DNA of 64,000 nt from Steroidobacteraceae bacterium (lineage in GTDB: Bacteria; Pseudomonadota; Gammaproteobacteria; Steroidobacterales; Steroidobacteraceae), in contig JBGAGE010000012.1 in NCBI GenBank assembly GCA_044226865.1, positions 63,523 to 127,522 on the forward strand. Direction: 5' to 3'. The notes under the pieces were generated by a model. That model was not told the DNA's origin, did no database searches, and saw only the letters and a list, made by a program, of their open reading frames with translations. Of this stretch, positions 45,155-54,533 are shown piece by piece. A program made the translations under genes and the position numbers. Each line of letters starts with the position of its first letter. Within the stretch, counting starts at the first letter, position 1.

Positions 45155-46864
45155 TCAGTCCTTCACGCGCTCGTATACCACCTTTCCACCCAGCACCGTC
45201 ATCTCCACCTGCACCTGGTGGATGGCAAGCGGCGCGGTCTCGAACAAGTTGCGCTCGAGCACCACCAGGTCCGCCGCCTTGCCGACCTCGAGCGTGCCGC
45301 GGCGACTATCATCGTGCGCTAGGTAGGCTCCCGCGGCGGTGTAGGCCGTGATGGCCTGCTCGAGATTCAGGCGCTCGCCTGGCAGCCATTCGTGGTCCTC
45401 GGCACCGTTGGGATCCTTGCCGCCGGGATAGCGATGCGTGACGGCGGTCTCCAGGCCATCGAGTGGCGAGACACCGGTGACCGGCCAGTCCGAGCCCCAC
45501 ACCAGCACGGCACCCGAGTCGAGCAGCGAGCGCGTCTGATACAGGCGCTGCGCCCGCTCGGCACCGAACATGCGCGGCGCGAACACCGTTTCCCACGGGT
45601 CGCCGCGGCTCCACAGCGGCGTCATGTTGGCGATCACGCCGAGACGGCGGAAGCGCGGCAGGTCGGCGGCATCGATCAGCGACAAGTGCGCCAGGGTGTG
45701 CCGGCCGTCGCGCTGGCCGTTGGCCTTGCGGGCCGACTCGATGGCATCCAGCGCGGTGCGCACCGCACGGTCCCCGATGGCGTGCACGTGCATTTGAAAG
45801 CCGGCGGCGTCCAGTCGGGTGACCACGGCGCGCAACCGCTCGGGCGCGACGAACAATTGCCCAAGCCCGAACTTCGGTTCATCGACATACGGTTCGAGCA
45901 GCGCCACGGTGTGCGACCCGTAGGCGCCATCCAGCACCACCTTGACGCAATCGGCCTTGAGGCTCGCGCTGTGCAGCCGCGCCTTCCAGGCCATGAAGCC
46001 GCTCACCAGGCGCTCGTCATCGATGGCCGGGTCGAAGTGCTGGCACAGCGTGACGCGCACCGGCAGCTTGCCGCTCTTCTCCAGCGCTTCGTACGCCGGC
46101 AGCGTCTCGGGCTTGACCAGCGCATCCTCGATGGCGGTGATGCCCATCGAGCTCATGATGCGCAGCGAGTGCTCCAGGGTATCGATGCGCTCCTGCAGCG
46201 TGGGCGGTGGCATCACGGCGCGCACCAGGTCCATGGCGGATTCCTGCAGCGAGCCGGTCGGGTTGCCGGACGCATCGCGTTCGATGCGGCCGTTGGCGGG
46301 ATCGGGCGTGGCCGCCGTGATGTGCGCGGCCTGCAGCGCGCGCGTGTTCGCCCAGGCCTGGTGCTGGGAATTGTTCACGATGAAGGCGGGCCGGTCGGGA
46401 ACCAAGGCATCGAGTTCTTCGCGATTGGGATGACCGCTGGGAAGGAACGCGGCCTCGTCCCAGCCCGTCCCGGTAACCCATGGCGCTTGCGGATTCGCGG
46501 CCGCATAACTCTTGATCTGCGCACCGATGACGGTGCGGTCCGCGGAGCCCTTCAAGTCCAGCATGCCACCCGGATTGGGCACGAGTGCGGGATGTGAGTG
46601 CGAGTCCTGGAAGCCCGGCAACAGCATGCGTTGCTGCAGGTCGACGAGGCGTGTCTTCGGACCGACGAGCGCGCGCGCGCCGCCATCGTCACCGACGAAC
46701 ACGATGTTGCCGCCGCGCACCGCGAGGGCACTGGCCCAATGACGCGCGGCATCGACGGTGTAGACCGCACCATTGACGAACACCAGGTCCGCCGGTGGCG
46801 GCGTTGCGGCCGAGGCCCGGGCACAGGACAGAAGGAGAATCCAAGCCAGCCAATCATGCTTCAT
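45155..46864 (-). CDS. secreted amidohydrolase family protein (amidohydrolase_3-like)
   Basis: Signal peptide, GFQDSHSHP metal-binding motif, and HAIGDRAV. Confidence 0.85.
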   Translation of the reverse strand: MKHDWLAWILLLSCARASAATPPPADLVFVNGAVYTVDAARHWASALAVRGGNIVFVGDDGGARALVGPKTRLVDLQQRMLLPGFQDSHSHPALVPNPGGMLDLKGSADRTVIGAQIKSYAAANPQAPWVTGTGWDEAAFLPSGHPNREELDALVPDRPAFIVNNSQHQAWANTRALQAAHITAATPDPANGRIERDASGNPTGSLQESAMDLVRAVMPPPTLQERIDTLEHSLRIMSSMGITAIEDALVKPETLPAYEALEKSGKLPVRVTLCQHFDPAIDDERLVSGFMAWKARLHSASLKADCVKVVLDGAYGSHTVALLEPYVDEPKFGLGQLFVAPERLRAVVTRLDAAGFQMHVHAIGDRAVRTALDAIESARKANGQRDGRHTLAHLSLIDAADLPRFRRLGVIANMTPLWSRGDPWETVFAPRMFGAERAQRLYQTRSLLDSGAVLVWGSDWPVTGVSPLDGLETAVTHRYPGGKDPNGAEDHEWLPGERLNLEQAITAYTAAGAYLAHDDSRRGTLEVGKAADLVVLERNLFETAPLAIHQVQVEMTVLGGKVVYERVKD

Positions 46865-47030
46865 GAATCGATCACCGCGTCAGTCGCGCTGCCATTCCCG
46901 CACAGCATGGCAAGACTAACAAATGCGGGACCTTGCGCACGCACCGGCGCCGACATCTGCTGCGTTGCGCCAATGGTTGACAGATGCGCTACCATCAACG
47001 CATCGATCAACGAACCCGGAAGGAGTCAAC

Positions 47031-47267
47031 GTGAAGGGAACCGTCGCGCAGAAAGGCCCGATCGCCACCGAGCTGGTGGAGGGCAAGACCTATTACTGGT
47101 GCACTTGCGGCCAATCCAAGAAGCAGCCGTTCTGCGATGGCTCGCACAAGACCACCTCGTTCACACCCATGGCCTACACCGCCACCAAGACCGGCACGGC
47201 CTGGCTGTGCGCCTGCAAGCAGAGCAATTCACCGCCGCTGTGCGACGGCAGCCACAAGGCGCTGTAA
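47031..47267 (+). CDS. CDGSH iron-sulfur domain protein
   Basis: Two C-x-C-x(n)-CDGSH motifs (CTCGQSKKQPFCDGSH and CACKQSNSPPLCDGSH). GTG start 5 nt after GGAAGGAG. Confidence 0.8.
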   Translation: MKGTVAQKGPIATELVEGKTYYWCTCGQSKKQPFCDGSHKTTSFTPMAYTATKTGTAWLCACKQSNSPPLCDGSHKAL

Positions 47268-47280
47268 CCAGCGCCGGCCG

Positions 47281-47637
47281 TCACTTCCAGATGCAGTAGG
47301 TCTTGCGCAAGGTTTCGTGAATGGTCCACACCCCATGCGTGTTGGGCGGAAAGTACGCGGCATCACCGCCGCGGAACTCGAAGCGCCGGCCATCCGCCGT
47401 CACGAACGTGGCGTGGCCGGAAATGAAATGGCTGAACTCGGCGTCCATGATGGCGCGCGCGAACACACCGGGCGTGGCTTCCCAGGTGCCGGTGCTCACC
47501 GAATCATCGGGGGCATCGAAGGCCGGCTTGGATGCCAATTGCGGTGAGGGCGACGAGCCCACCGGTGGCGGCGTGAAGCCCGGATCGAAAGCGGATTTGG
47601 GGATATTGGCGGGAGCGACGATGTGGGTGATGCTCAT
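47281..47637 (-). CDS. cupin domain protein (DUF861/EutQ-like)
   Basis: 118 aa. The C-terminal cupin strands GHATFVTADGRRFEFRGGDAAYFPPNTHGVW. Confidence 0.7.
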   Translation of the reverse strand: MSITHIVAPANIPKSAFDPGFTPPPVGSSPSPQLASKPAFDAPDDSVSTGTWEATPGVFARAIMDAEFSHFISGHATFVTADGRRFEFRGGDAAYFPPNTHGVWTIHETLRKTYCIWK

Positions 47638-47701
47638 CGGCGCATTCTAGCCGCAAACCCGGCGATGGGTCGCCGGCACGCCCGAAGAGCCTGGATGGGC
47701 G

Positions 47702-48799
47702 TCAGCGCGCGGCCAGTCCGGCCGGGTCGTGCTTCTTCAGAAATTCGAGCACACGCGTTTCGGTCTTGCGCGGCGCGGCCAGCTTCAAACCGCCGCTAAA
47801 AGTGCGCCGGATCAGGCCCGAACGCCAGGCATCGAACACGATGGGATTAATGTACGACTTGCGGCACACGGCAGGGGTGTTACGCAGCTCCGCCGCTACC
47901 TGCTTGACCACCGCGACGATCTCGCTCTTGAAGGCACGCTCGCTCGGATTCTCCGGATGCGGGGTACGCGCCAGCAGGATCACGGCCTGGAGCGTTGCCC
48001 CCCAGGTGCGGAAGTCCTTGGCGGTAAAATCATCGCCCATGGCCTCGCGCAGGTAATCGTTCACCTGGCCGGAATCGATGGGCGCACGCTGGCCGTCATC
48101 GGTCACATACTGGAACAGCTGCTGCCCGGGCAATTCCTGGCAATGCTTGACGATGCGGGCGATGCGCCGGTCATCGATGGTGATCTCGTGCTGCACGCCG
48201 CCCTTGCCGCGGAAGTTGAGGATGGCGCGGCCATCGCGGATGAAGCTGACATGGCGGTTGCGCAGCGTCGTGAGCCCGAAGCTCTTGTTGTCGCGCGCAT
48301 ATTCCATATTGCCGACGCGCACGCGCGTGGCATCGAGGATGCTCACCACCACCGCCAGCACCTTCTCGCGCGGCAGGCCAGGGCGGGCAAGGTCCCGGGC
48401 CAGAATGCGGCGCAGGCGCGGCAGGCTCTCGGCGAAGGTGACCATGCGCCCGAACTTCGCGTCATCGCGCACGTTGCGCCACTTGGGGTGATAACGGTAC
48501 TGCTTGCGGCCGCGCGCGTCGCGCCCGGTGGCCTGCAGATGGCCATGCTCGTCCGCGCAGATCCAGACGTTCTCGTAGGCGGGTGGGATGGCGAGCTTGG
48601 CGATGCGCTTCAGTTCGTCCTCATCCTTGATCTGCCGGCCGTCAGGTGCGAAATACTTGAAGGCCTTGCCGTCGCGCTCGCGACGCACGCCGGGTACGTC
48701 GTCCGAGACGTACACGAGTCCCACGCTTTCGGCCATGCGCGCAGCTTCAGCAGCGGCGCTGACCGGAATGGGTTCTGGTTGGCTGGCCCTATATGTCAT
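47702..48799 (-). CDS. DNA topoisomerase IB
   Basis: KDFRTWGAT, RNTPAVCRKSYINP (catalytic Tyr context) and GRDARGRKQYRYH. Start set to an internal ATG (MTYRAS). Confidence 0.85.
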   Translation of the reverse strand: MTYRASQPEPIPVSAAAEAARMAESVGLVYVSDDVPGVRRERDGKAFKYFAPDGRQIKDEDELKRIAKLAIPPAYENVWICADEHGHLQATGRDARGRKQYRYHPKWRNVRDDAKFGRMVTFAESLPRLRRILARDLARPGLPREKVLAVVVSILDATRVRVGNMEYARDNKSFGLTTLRNRHVSFIRDGRAILNFRGKGGVQHEITIDDRRIARIVKHCQELPGQQLFQYVTDDGQRAPIDSGQVNDYLREAMGDDFTAKDFRTWGATLQAVILLARTPHPENPSERAFKSEIVAVVKQVAAELRNTPAVCRKSYINPIVFDAWRSGLIRRTFSGGLKLAAPRKTETRVLEFLKKHDPAGLAAR

Positions 48800-49002
48800 C
48801 TTGGGCCGATTGTCAGACGCGGCGATCCGCGCAAACCATCGACTTGTGCGCAAAACGCCGTAGGAAATCACGCAATGAGACGCGGTCGTCGCGCTTTATT
48901 TGACTAAATGCGCTGCACAGGTCTCATTTGTGGCCTCGCCACGCCGCGGTGAGGTCATCGCGCCACCGCCGCCGGCGGTGGACGGCAACGTACCGTGCAC
49001 CG

Positions 49003-49782
49003 CTAGAACGCCGCCGGGTAGAAGCCTCCGTCCATCAGAATGTTCTGGCCGGTGATGTATCCGGCATGCACGCTGCAGAGAAAGGCGCAAGTGTTGCCGA
49101 ATTCCTCCGGGGTGCCGAAGCGCTTGGCGGGAATCTTCGCCATGTCCTCCGCGGCACCTTCCGCCTCACTCTTTCCGGATTGCGCGGCCCAGCGGCTGAT
49201 GCCGGCGCGCAGGCGCCGCGTGTCGAAGGAGCCGGGCAGCAGGTGGTTGATGGTGACGTTACGGTGCGCGACCTGGCGTGCAACACCTGCCAGGAATGCC
49301 GTCAAGCCCGCACGGGCGCCACTCGACAGGTCCAGCCCGGAGATCGGCAGCTTCACGCTCATGGAGGTGATGTTGACGATGCGGCCGAAGCCACGCTCGG
49401 CCATGCCGTCCACGACCTTCTGCACCAGTTCGATCGGGGCAATCATATTGGCCGTCACGCCGGCCGTCATGGCGGCGCGGTCCAACTCGCGGAAATCCTT
49501 GAACGGAGGCCCGCCATTGTTGTTGATGAGGATGTCGGGCCGCGGGCAGGCTTCCAGCAATTGCGCCTGACCCTCGCGCGTGCCCACATCCGCCGCCACC
49601 GCACGCACCTCCACGCCCGTCTTGTTGCGGATGTCTCGGGCCGTGGCCTCGAGCGCTTCCGCGTCGCGGCCATTGATCACCAGTGACACGCCTGCTTCGG
49701 CCAGCGCCATGGCGCAACCCCTGCCAAGGCCGGCGCTGGAGGCGCATACGATGGCCTTGCGGCCGCGAATTCCGAGGTCCAT
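49003..49782 (-). CDS. SDR family oxidoreductase
   Basis: ASSAGLGRG cofactor motif and NNNGG. 259 aa from an internal ATG of the 373-aa ORF. Confidence 0.8.
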   Translation of the reverse strand: MDLGIRGRKAIVCASSAGLGRGCAMALAEAGVSLVINGRDAEALEATARDIRNKTGVEVRAVAADVGTREGQAQLLEACPRPDILINNNGGPPFKDFRELDRAAMTAGVTANMIAPIELVQKVVDGMAERGFGRIVNITSMSVKLPISGLDLSSGARAGLTAFLAGVARQVAHRNVTINHLLPGSFDTRRLRAGISRWAAQSGKSEAEGAAEDMAKIPAKRFGTPEEFGNTCAFLCSVHAGYITGQNILMDGGFYPAAF

Positions 49783-49870
49783 AGCTGCTCCCGAACGAAT
49801 GTGGTCGTCAGCAACATGATAACCCTGCGGCCTTAGTACACTAGCGCCGGGGGAGAAGGGGAGGTAGACC

Positions 49871-51469
49871 ATGTTTCCGCAGTCGATTGCGCCCATCGCC
49901 GGGAGCCTTGCGGCTTCCACGGCCGTGGCGGCATTGCCGGTGATGGTGGTGCTGCTGGTGCTTGGTGTGCTGCGAAAGCCCGCGTGGATGGCGGCCGGCG
50001 CGGGCCTCGCCATCGCGTTCACCGTCGCGACCACCGGTTGGGCCATGCCCATGCCGCTGGCCTTGAATGCCATCGCCTTCGGCGCCGTGTTCGCGCTCTC
50101 ACCCGTCATCTGGATCGTCATCAACGCGCTGCTCGTCTACAACATCGCGGTGAAGTCGGGCCAGTTCGACGCCTTCTGCCGCTGGCTGCAACGGCATCTT
50201 CCCAACGACCGGCGCGTGGTGCTGGTGGTGGTGGGGTTCTGCTTCAGCGCCTTGCTCGAGGGACTGAGCGGATTCGGCACGCCGGTGGCCATTGCGAGCT
50301 CGCTGCTCATCCTGGTCGGGTTTGGGCCACTGGAAGCGCTGGTGTTCGTGCTGATCTTCAACACGGCGCCGGTGGCGTACGGCGCCCTGGGCACACCCGT
50401 CACCGTGCTCGGCGCCGTCACGGGACTTCCTGCCACGACGCTGGGCGCCATGATCGGACGGCAATTGCCGATGATCGCCTTGCTGCTGCCGTTCTACGTG
50501 ACCCTGCTGTACGGCGGCCTGCGCTCGGTGAAGGCCTTGTGGCCCTTCCTGCTGGCGGCAGGCGGGAGTTTCGCCGCGTGCCAATTCATCGCCTCCAATT
50601 TCCTGGATTACACGCTCACCGATGTGCTCTCCTCGATGGGTTCGCTGGTAGCGACACTGCTGTTCCTGAAGGTGTGGAGGCCGGCGCCCGATGCCGCCTT
50701 CGCCGTGACGGCGGCGGACGAACCGCGTGCCGGCCCCTTGCCGAACAACCGGGGCTGGCTGCCCTGGATCCTGCTGACGGTGCTCGTGATCCTGTGGACC
50801 ACGCTGAAGATTCCCGCCATGGGCGCGCAGAAGATTCCCTGGCCGGGACTGCACCAGGCGATTTCCATCACCCTCTATGGTGGCAAGCCTTACGATGCGG
50901 TGTGGAATTTCCAGCCCCTGGGCACGGGCACGGCCATCCTGCTGGCCGCGGTGCTCACCGCGGTATCGGCACGGCTCGGCATCCGGGACTTCCTGGGCTG
51001 CGTGTCGACTACACTGCGCCAGTACTGGCGCGCCGGCATCACGGTGATGCTGATCGTGAGCCTTGCGTATCTCATGAACTACTCTGGACTCGCGTACACG
51101 CTCGGACAGGGGGTCGCCTCAACCGGGCGGTGGTTCATTCTGCTCTCGCCGTTCCTGGGATGGCTCGCCGTGATGCTGTCCGGCAGCGACACGGCCGGCA
51201 ATGCCCTGTTCGGCAACCTGCAAGTGGTGGCGGCGCATCAGCTGCAGTTGAACCCCGTGCTGTTCGCCGCCACCAATTCCTCGGGCGGCGTCATGGGCAA
51301 GATGATCTCACCGCAGAACATCGCCACGGGAGTGTCGGTCACGAACCTCACGGGCCAGGAGGGGCGCGTGTTCGCCCGCACCTTCCTGCACAGCATCATC
51401 CTCACGCTGCTGCTGGGCCTGCTGGTGGCCGTACAACAATTCTGGATTCCCTGGATGATTCCGCATTGA
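49871..51469 (+). CDS. L-lactate permease family transporter
   Basis: 532 aa. LLEGLSGFGTPVAI and GGVMGKMISPQNIA motifs typical of LctP/LldP. Confidence 0.88.
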   Translation: MFPQSIAPIAGSLAASTAVAALPVMVVLLVLGVLRKPAWMAAGAGLAIAFTVATTGWAMPMPLALNAIAFGAVFALSPVIWIVINALLVYNIAVKSGQFDAFCRWLQRHLPNDRRVVLVVVGFCFSALLEGLSGFGTPVAIASSLLILVGFGPLEALVFVLIFNTAPVAYGALGTPVTVLGAVTGLPATTLGAMIGRQLPMIALLLPFYVTLLYGGLRSVKALWPFLLAAGGSFAACQFIASNFLDYTLTDVLSSMGSLVATLLFLKVWRPAPDAAFAVTAADEPRAGPLPNNRGWLPWILLTVLVILWTTLKIPAMGAQKIPWPGLHQAISITLYGGKPYDAVWNFQPLGTGTAILLAAVLTAVSARLGIRDFLGCVSTTLRQYWRAGITVMLIVSLAYLMNYSGLAYTLGQGVASTGRWFILLSPFLGWLAVMLSGSDTAGNALFGNLQVVAAHQLQLNPVLFAATNSSGGVMGKMISPQNIATGVSVTNLTGQEGRVFARTFLHSIILTLLLGLLVAVQQFWIPWMIPH

Positions 51470-51474
51470 ACGAG

Positions 51475-52524
51475 ATGACGCGATTGGAAGTCACGCCGGC
51501 CTTCGCCGAGGACGTGGCGCAACGACTGTATGGACTGCGCGTACGAGCCGAGCGATTGCCGGGCGAATACGACGACAACTTCCGCCTGACCTGCGCGGAC
51601 GGCACACGCCTGGTGCTCAAGATCATGCATCCGCAACGCGACGCGGCGCTGATCGACATGCAGATCCAGGCGCTCGCGCATCTCGCGCGAACCGCACCGG
51701 CCTTGCTCACCTCGCGCATCCAACGCCGCACCGACGGCGCCTCGTTCGGCCGGATGCCGGATGCACGAGGCGCCGACCGCATGGTCTGGCTGCTGGATTA
51801 CATCGACGGCACGCCGTACGGCGAGGCGGTACCGCAGTGCACTTCATTACGGGCCTCGCTGGGCGCATACGTGGGCCAGCTCGATTCCGCGCTGGCGAGC
51901 TTCACACACCCGGCCGCGCACCGCGAACTCAAGTGGGATTCAGCCCGCGCCCCGTGGATCCTGCCGCGATTGGGCGAGATCCGCGACCGGGACAGGCGCG
52001 CGCTGGTCGAGCATTTCATGCGCCTGTACGCGCAGGTGGTGACGCCGGCCCTGCCGTTGGTGCGCCACGGCGTGATCCACGGCGATGCCAACGAGTGCAA
52101 CACCTTGACGCGCACCAGCCGTGACGGGACGCCCGAGGTGGTAGCCGTCATCGACTTCGGTGACATGCATCATGGCATCACGCTGTCCGGGCTCGCCATC
52201 GCCACGGCGTATGCGATCTTCGGCGCGCGCGATCCGCTGCAGGCGGCGGCGGAAATCGTCGCGGGCTACCACGCAAAGGCGCCGATCCCGGAGACTGAGC
52301 TGCCCCTGCTGCTGCCGCTCATCGGCGCGCGTCTGTGCGTAAGTGTGGTCAATTCCGCGATCCGCGCGGCGATGTCGCCGGATGATCCATACCTGACCGT
52401 CAGCGAAGCGCCGGCCTGGCAGGCACTGCAGGCGCTGGCGAGGCACACGCCCGAAGACGCACTGGCAAGCTTCCGGCTCGCGTGCGGCCTGCCCGCTGTG
52501 CCGCGCGGCGCTCATCGAGCTTGA
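51475..52524 (+). CDS. aminoglycoside phosphotransferase-fold kinase (homoserine kinase II / hydroxylysine kinase-like)
   Basis: HGDANECN catalytic loop and IDFGD. It is the C-terminal part of an 846-aa track ORF whose 5' part is an out-of-frame shadow of the permease gene. Confidence 0.75.
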   Translation: MTRLEVTPAFAEDVAQRLYGLRVRAERLPGEYDDNFRLTCADGTRLVLKIMHPQRDAALIDMQIQALAHLARTAPALLTSRIQRRTDGASFGRMPDARGADRMVWLLDYIDGTPYGEAVPQCTSLRASLGAYVGQLDSALASFTHPAAHRELKWDSARAPWILPRLGEIRDRDRRALVEHFMRLYAQVVTPALPLVRHGVIHGDANECNTLTRTSRDGTPEVVAVIDFGDMHHGITLSGLAIATAYAIFGARDPLQAAAEIVAGYHAKAPIPETELPLLLPLIGARLCVSVVNSAIRAAMSPDDPYLTVSEAPAWQALQALARHTPEDALASFRLACGLPAVPRGAHRA

Positions 52525-52585
52525 TCGCACTGGCACCGACACCGGGCGTGCACTATGCTCCGCGCTCACCTCACGAGGGATCCTC

Positions 52586-54007
52586 ATGAACAAGCTCCTC
52601 GCCCATCACGCCTTGCTCGCCCTGTTCATCGGCACCGTCGGCGGTGCGGCCACGGCGGCTTCGACGCTGCCGCCACCGCCGGAAGTGCAACGCGCGCGCG
52701 GCATGTTCAAGAACCTGATCGAGATCAACACCACGCACTCGCATGGCTCCACCGAGGCAGCCAAGCTCATCCAGCAATGGATGCTGGAAGCCGGATACCC
52801 TGCCGCTGACGTCGTGTTCGTGGCGCCGCCGGATCATCCGGAGAAGGGCAACCTCGTGGTGCGATTGCGGGGCAAGTCATCCGCCAAGCCCATCCTGTTC
52901 ATGGGGCATCTGGACGTGGTGGAGGCGAAGCCAGAAGACTGGAGCGTCGATCCGTTCAAGTTCACGGAAAAGGACGGTTACTTCTACGGTCGCGGCACCA
53001 TCGACATGAAGGGTGGCATCGCCGCGCTGGCCGCCGGCATGGTGCGGCTCAAGCGCGATGGCTATGTGCCGCCGCGTGACATCATCGCCGCCTTCACCGC
53101 CGACGAGGAAGCGGGCGGTGAATCCAACGGTCCCGCCTTCCTGCTGAAGTCGCACCGCGAACTGATCGACGCGCCACTGGCATTGAACCTGGATGGCGGC
53201 GGCGGCAACCTCAAGGGGGGCAAGCGTCTGTACTTCGACCTAGGCACCAGTGAGAAGACCTATCTCACCTATACGCTCGAGACCACGGGGCCGGGCGGAC
53301 ATGGGTCGCTTCCGGGCCCCGATACGCCCATCTACCAACTCGCCCGCGGCCTGTTGCGCCTGCAGGCCTTCCGCTTCCCCGTGATGCTAACCCAGACCAT
53401 GCGCAGCAATTTCCAGCAGCTGGCGGTGGTCGACCCGGGTCCCGACAGCGCGGACATGAAGGCTGTGGCATCGGGCACCACGCCGGACGCCGCGGCAGCG
53501 GAGCGGCTGAGCCGCAACACACGCATGAACGCGCTGCTGCGCACCACCTGTGTGACCACGCTCATTCAAGGCGGACATGCGGAAAACGCCCTGCCGCAGC
53601 GCGCCAAGGCCACGGTGCAATGTCGCATGATGCCCGGCGACACCGAGGCCAACGTGCAGGCCTCGCTCATTCGCGCGCTCGATGATCCAGCCATTCGCGT
53701 CACGCTCGATGCGCCCCCCATCGTCAGCCCCGAGTCGCTGCCGACGCCGGCGATCACGCGCCAGCTCGGCGAGGTGGTGCATTCGATGTGGCCGGGCGTG
53801 CCCATCATTCCCTCCATGGCCACCGGCTTCAGCGACGACCGCCAGACGCGCAACGCCGGCATTCCCAGCTATGACGTGGCCGGCGTCTGGATGGACATCG
53901 ACGAGAATCGAGCCCATGGGCGGGACGAACGCATCAGCGTGCAGGCCTTCGACGAAGGCGTCGAATACACCTACCGCCTGCTCAAGGCCTTCAGCAAGGC
54001 GAAGTGA
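52586..54007 (+). CDS. M20 family metallopeptidase, secreted (paralog of 2471-3892)
   Basis: 473 aa. HLDVVEAKPEDW and GRGTIDMK motifs, plus a signal peptide. Confidence 0.85.
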   Translation: MNKLLAHHALLALFIGTVGGAATAASTLPPPPEVQRARGMFKNLIEINTTHSHGSTEAAKLIQQWMLEAGYPAADVVFVAPPDHPEKGNLVVRLRGKSSAKPILFMGHLDVVEAKPEDWSVDPFKFTEKDGYFYGRGTIDMKGGIAALAAGMVRLKRDGYVPPRDIIAAFTADEEAGGESNGPAFLLKSHRELIDAPLALNLDGGGGNLKGGKRLYFDLGTSEKTYLTYTLETTGPGGHGSLPGPDTPIYQLARGLLRLQAFRFPVMLTQTMRSNFQQLAVVDPGPDSADMKAVASGTTPDAAAAERLSRNTRMNALLRTTCVTTLIQGGHAENALPQRAKATVQCRMMPGDTEANVQASLIRALDDPAIRVTLDAPPIVSPESLPTPAITRQLGEVVHSMWPGVPIIPSMATGFSDDRQTRNAGIPSYDVAGVWMDIDENRAHGRDERISVQAFDEGVEYTYRLLKAFSKAK

Positions 54008-54056
54008 GCGCTTGAATTTGGGGAAGTGGGGCCCAGATCCGAGGGCATGATCGCCA

Positions 54057-54533
54057 TTGCGGGTGCTTGACGTGGCCCAGTCCGTAGACGCCTTGAAATT
54101 GGTATGCCCGGCCTGCGCGCAACGAGTTCGGGTGCCGGGCAATCGCCTGGGCGATGCGCCACGCTGCCCCGCGTGCAAGGCATCGCTCCTGCCAGGCGAA
54201 CCCGTGGTGCTCACGGATCAGAGCTTCGATCGCTTCATCCAGGATTCGGAACTTCCCGTGCTGGTGGATTTCTGGGCGCCCTGGTGCGGACCCTGCCGCA
54301 ACTTCGCCCCCGTGCTGGCGCGCGCCGCGGCCGAGTATTCACCTTCGCTGATCGTCGCCAAGCTGGACACCGACGCCTCGCCTCAGGTGGCGGGCCGCTG
54401 TCGCATCCAGAGCATTCCCACGCTTGCGCTCTTTCGGCAGGGGCGCGAAATCAAGCGCGTTTCCGGCGCGCTGCCTTGGAACGCGTTGACCGAGTGGATC
54501 GGTGCGACCGGCGTGAGTCCGCCGCGCGGCTGA
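54057..54533 (+). CDS. trxC: thioredoxin 2 (zinc-finger thioredoxin)
   Basis: N-terminal CPAC...CPAC zinc-finger pair followed by WAPWCGPC. The start codon is uncertain (TTG 54057, GTG 54072 or TTG 54093). Confidence 0.85.
   Translation: MRVLDVAQSVDALKLVCPACAQRVRVPGNRLGDAPRCPACKASLLPGEPVVLTDQSFDRFIQDSELPVLVDFWAPWCGPCRNFAPVLARAAAEYSPSLIVAKLDTDASPQVAGRCRIQSIPTLALFRQGREIKRVSGALPWNALTEWIGATGVSPPRG

Noticed and set aside
49984-52524. 846-aa plus-strand ORF
   Set aside because: Its first ~500 aa are an out-of-frame shadow of the lactate permease gene (Arg/Gly/His-rich, no motifs). Only the part from the ATG at 51475 is a credible kinase-fold protein.
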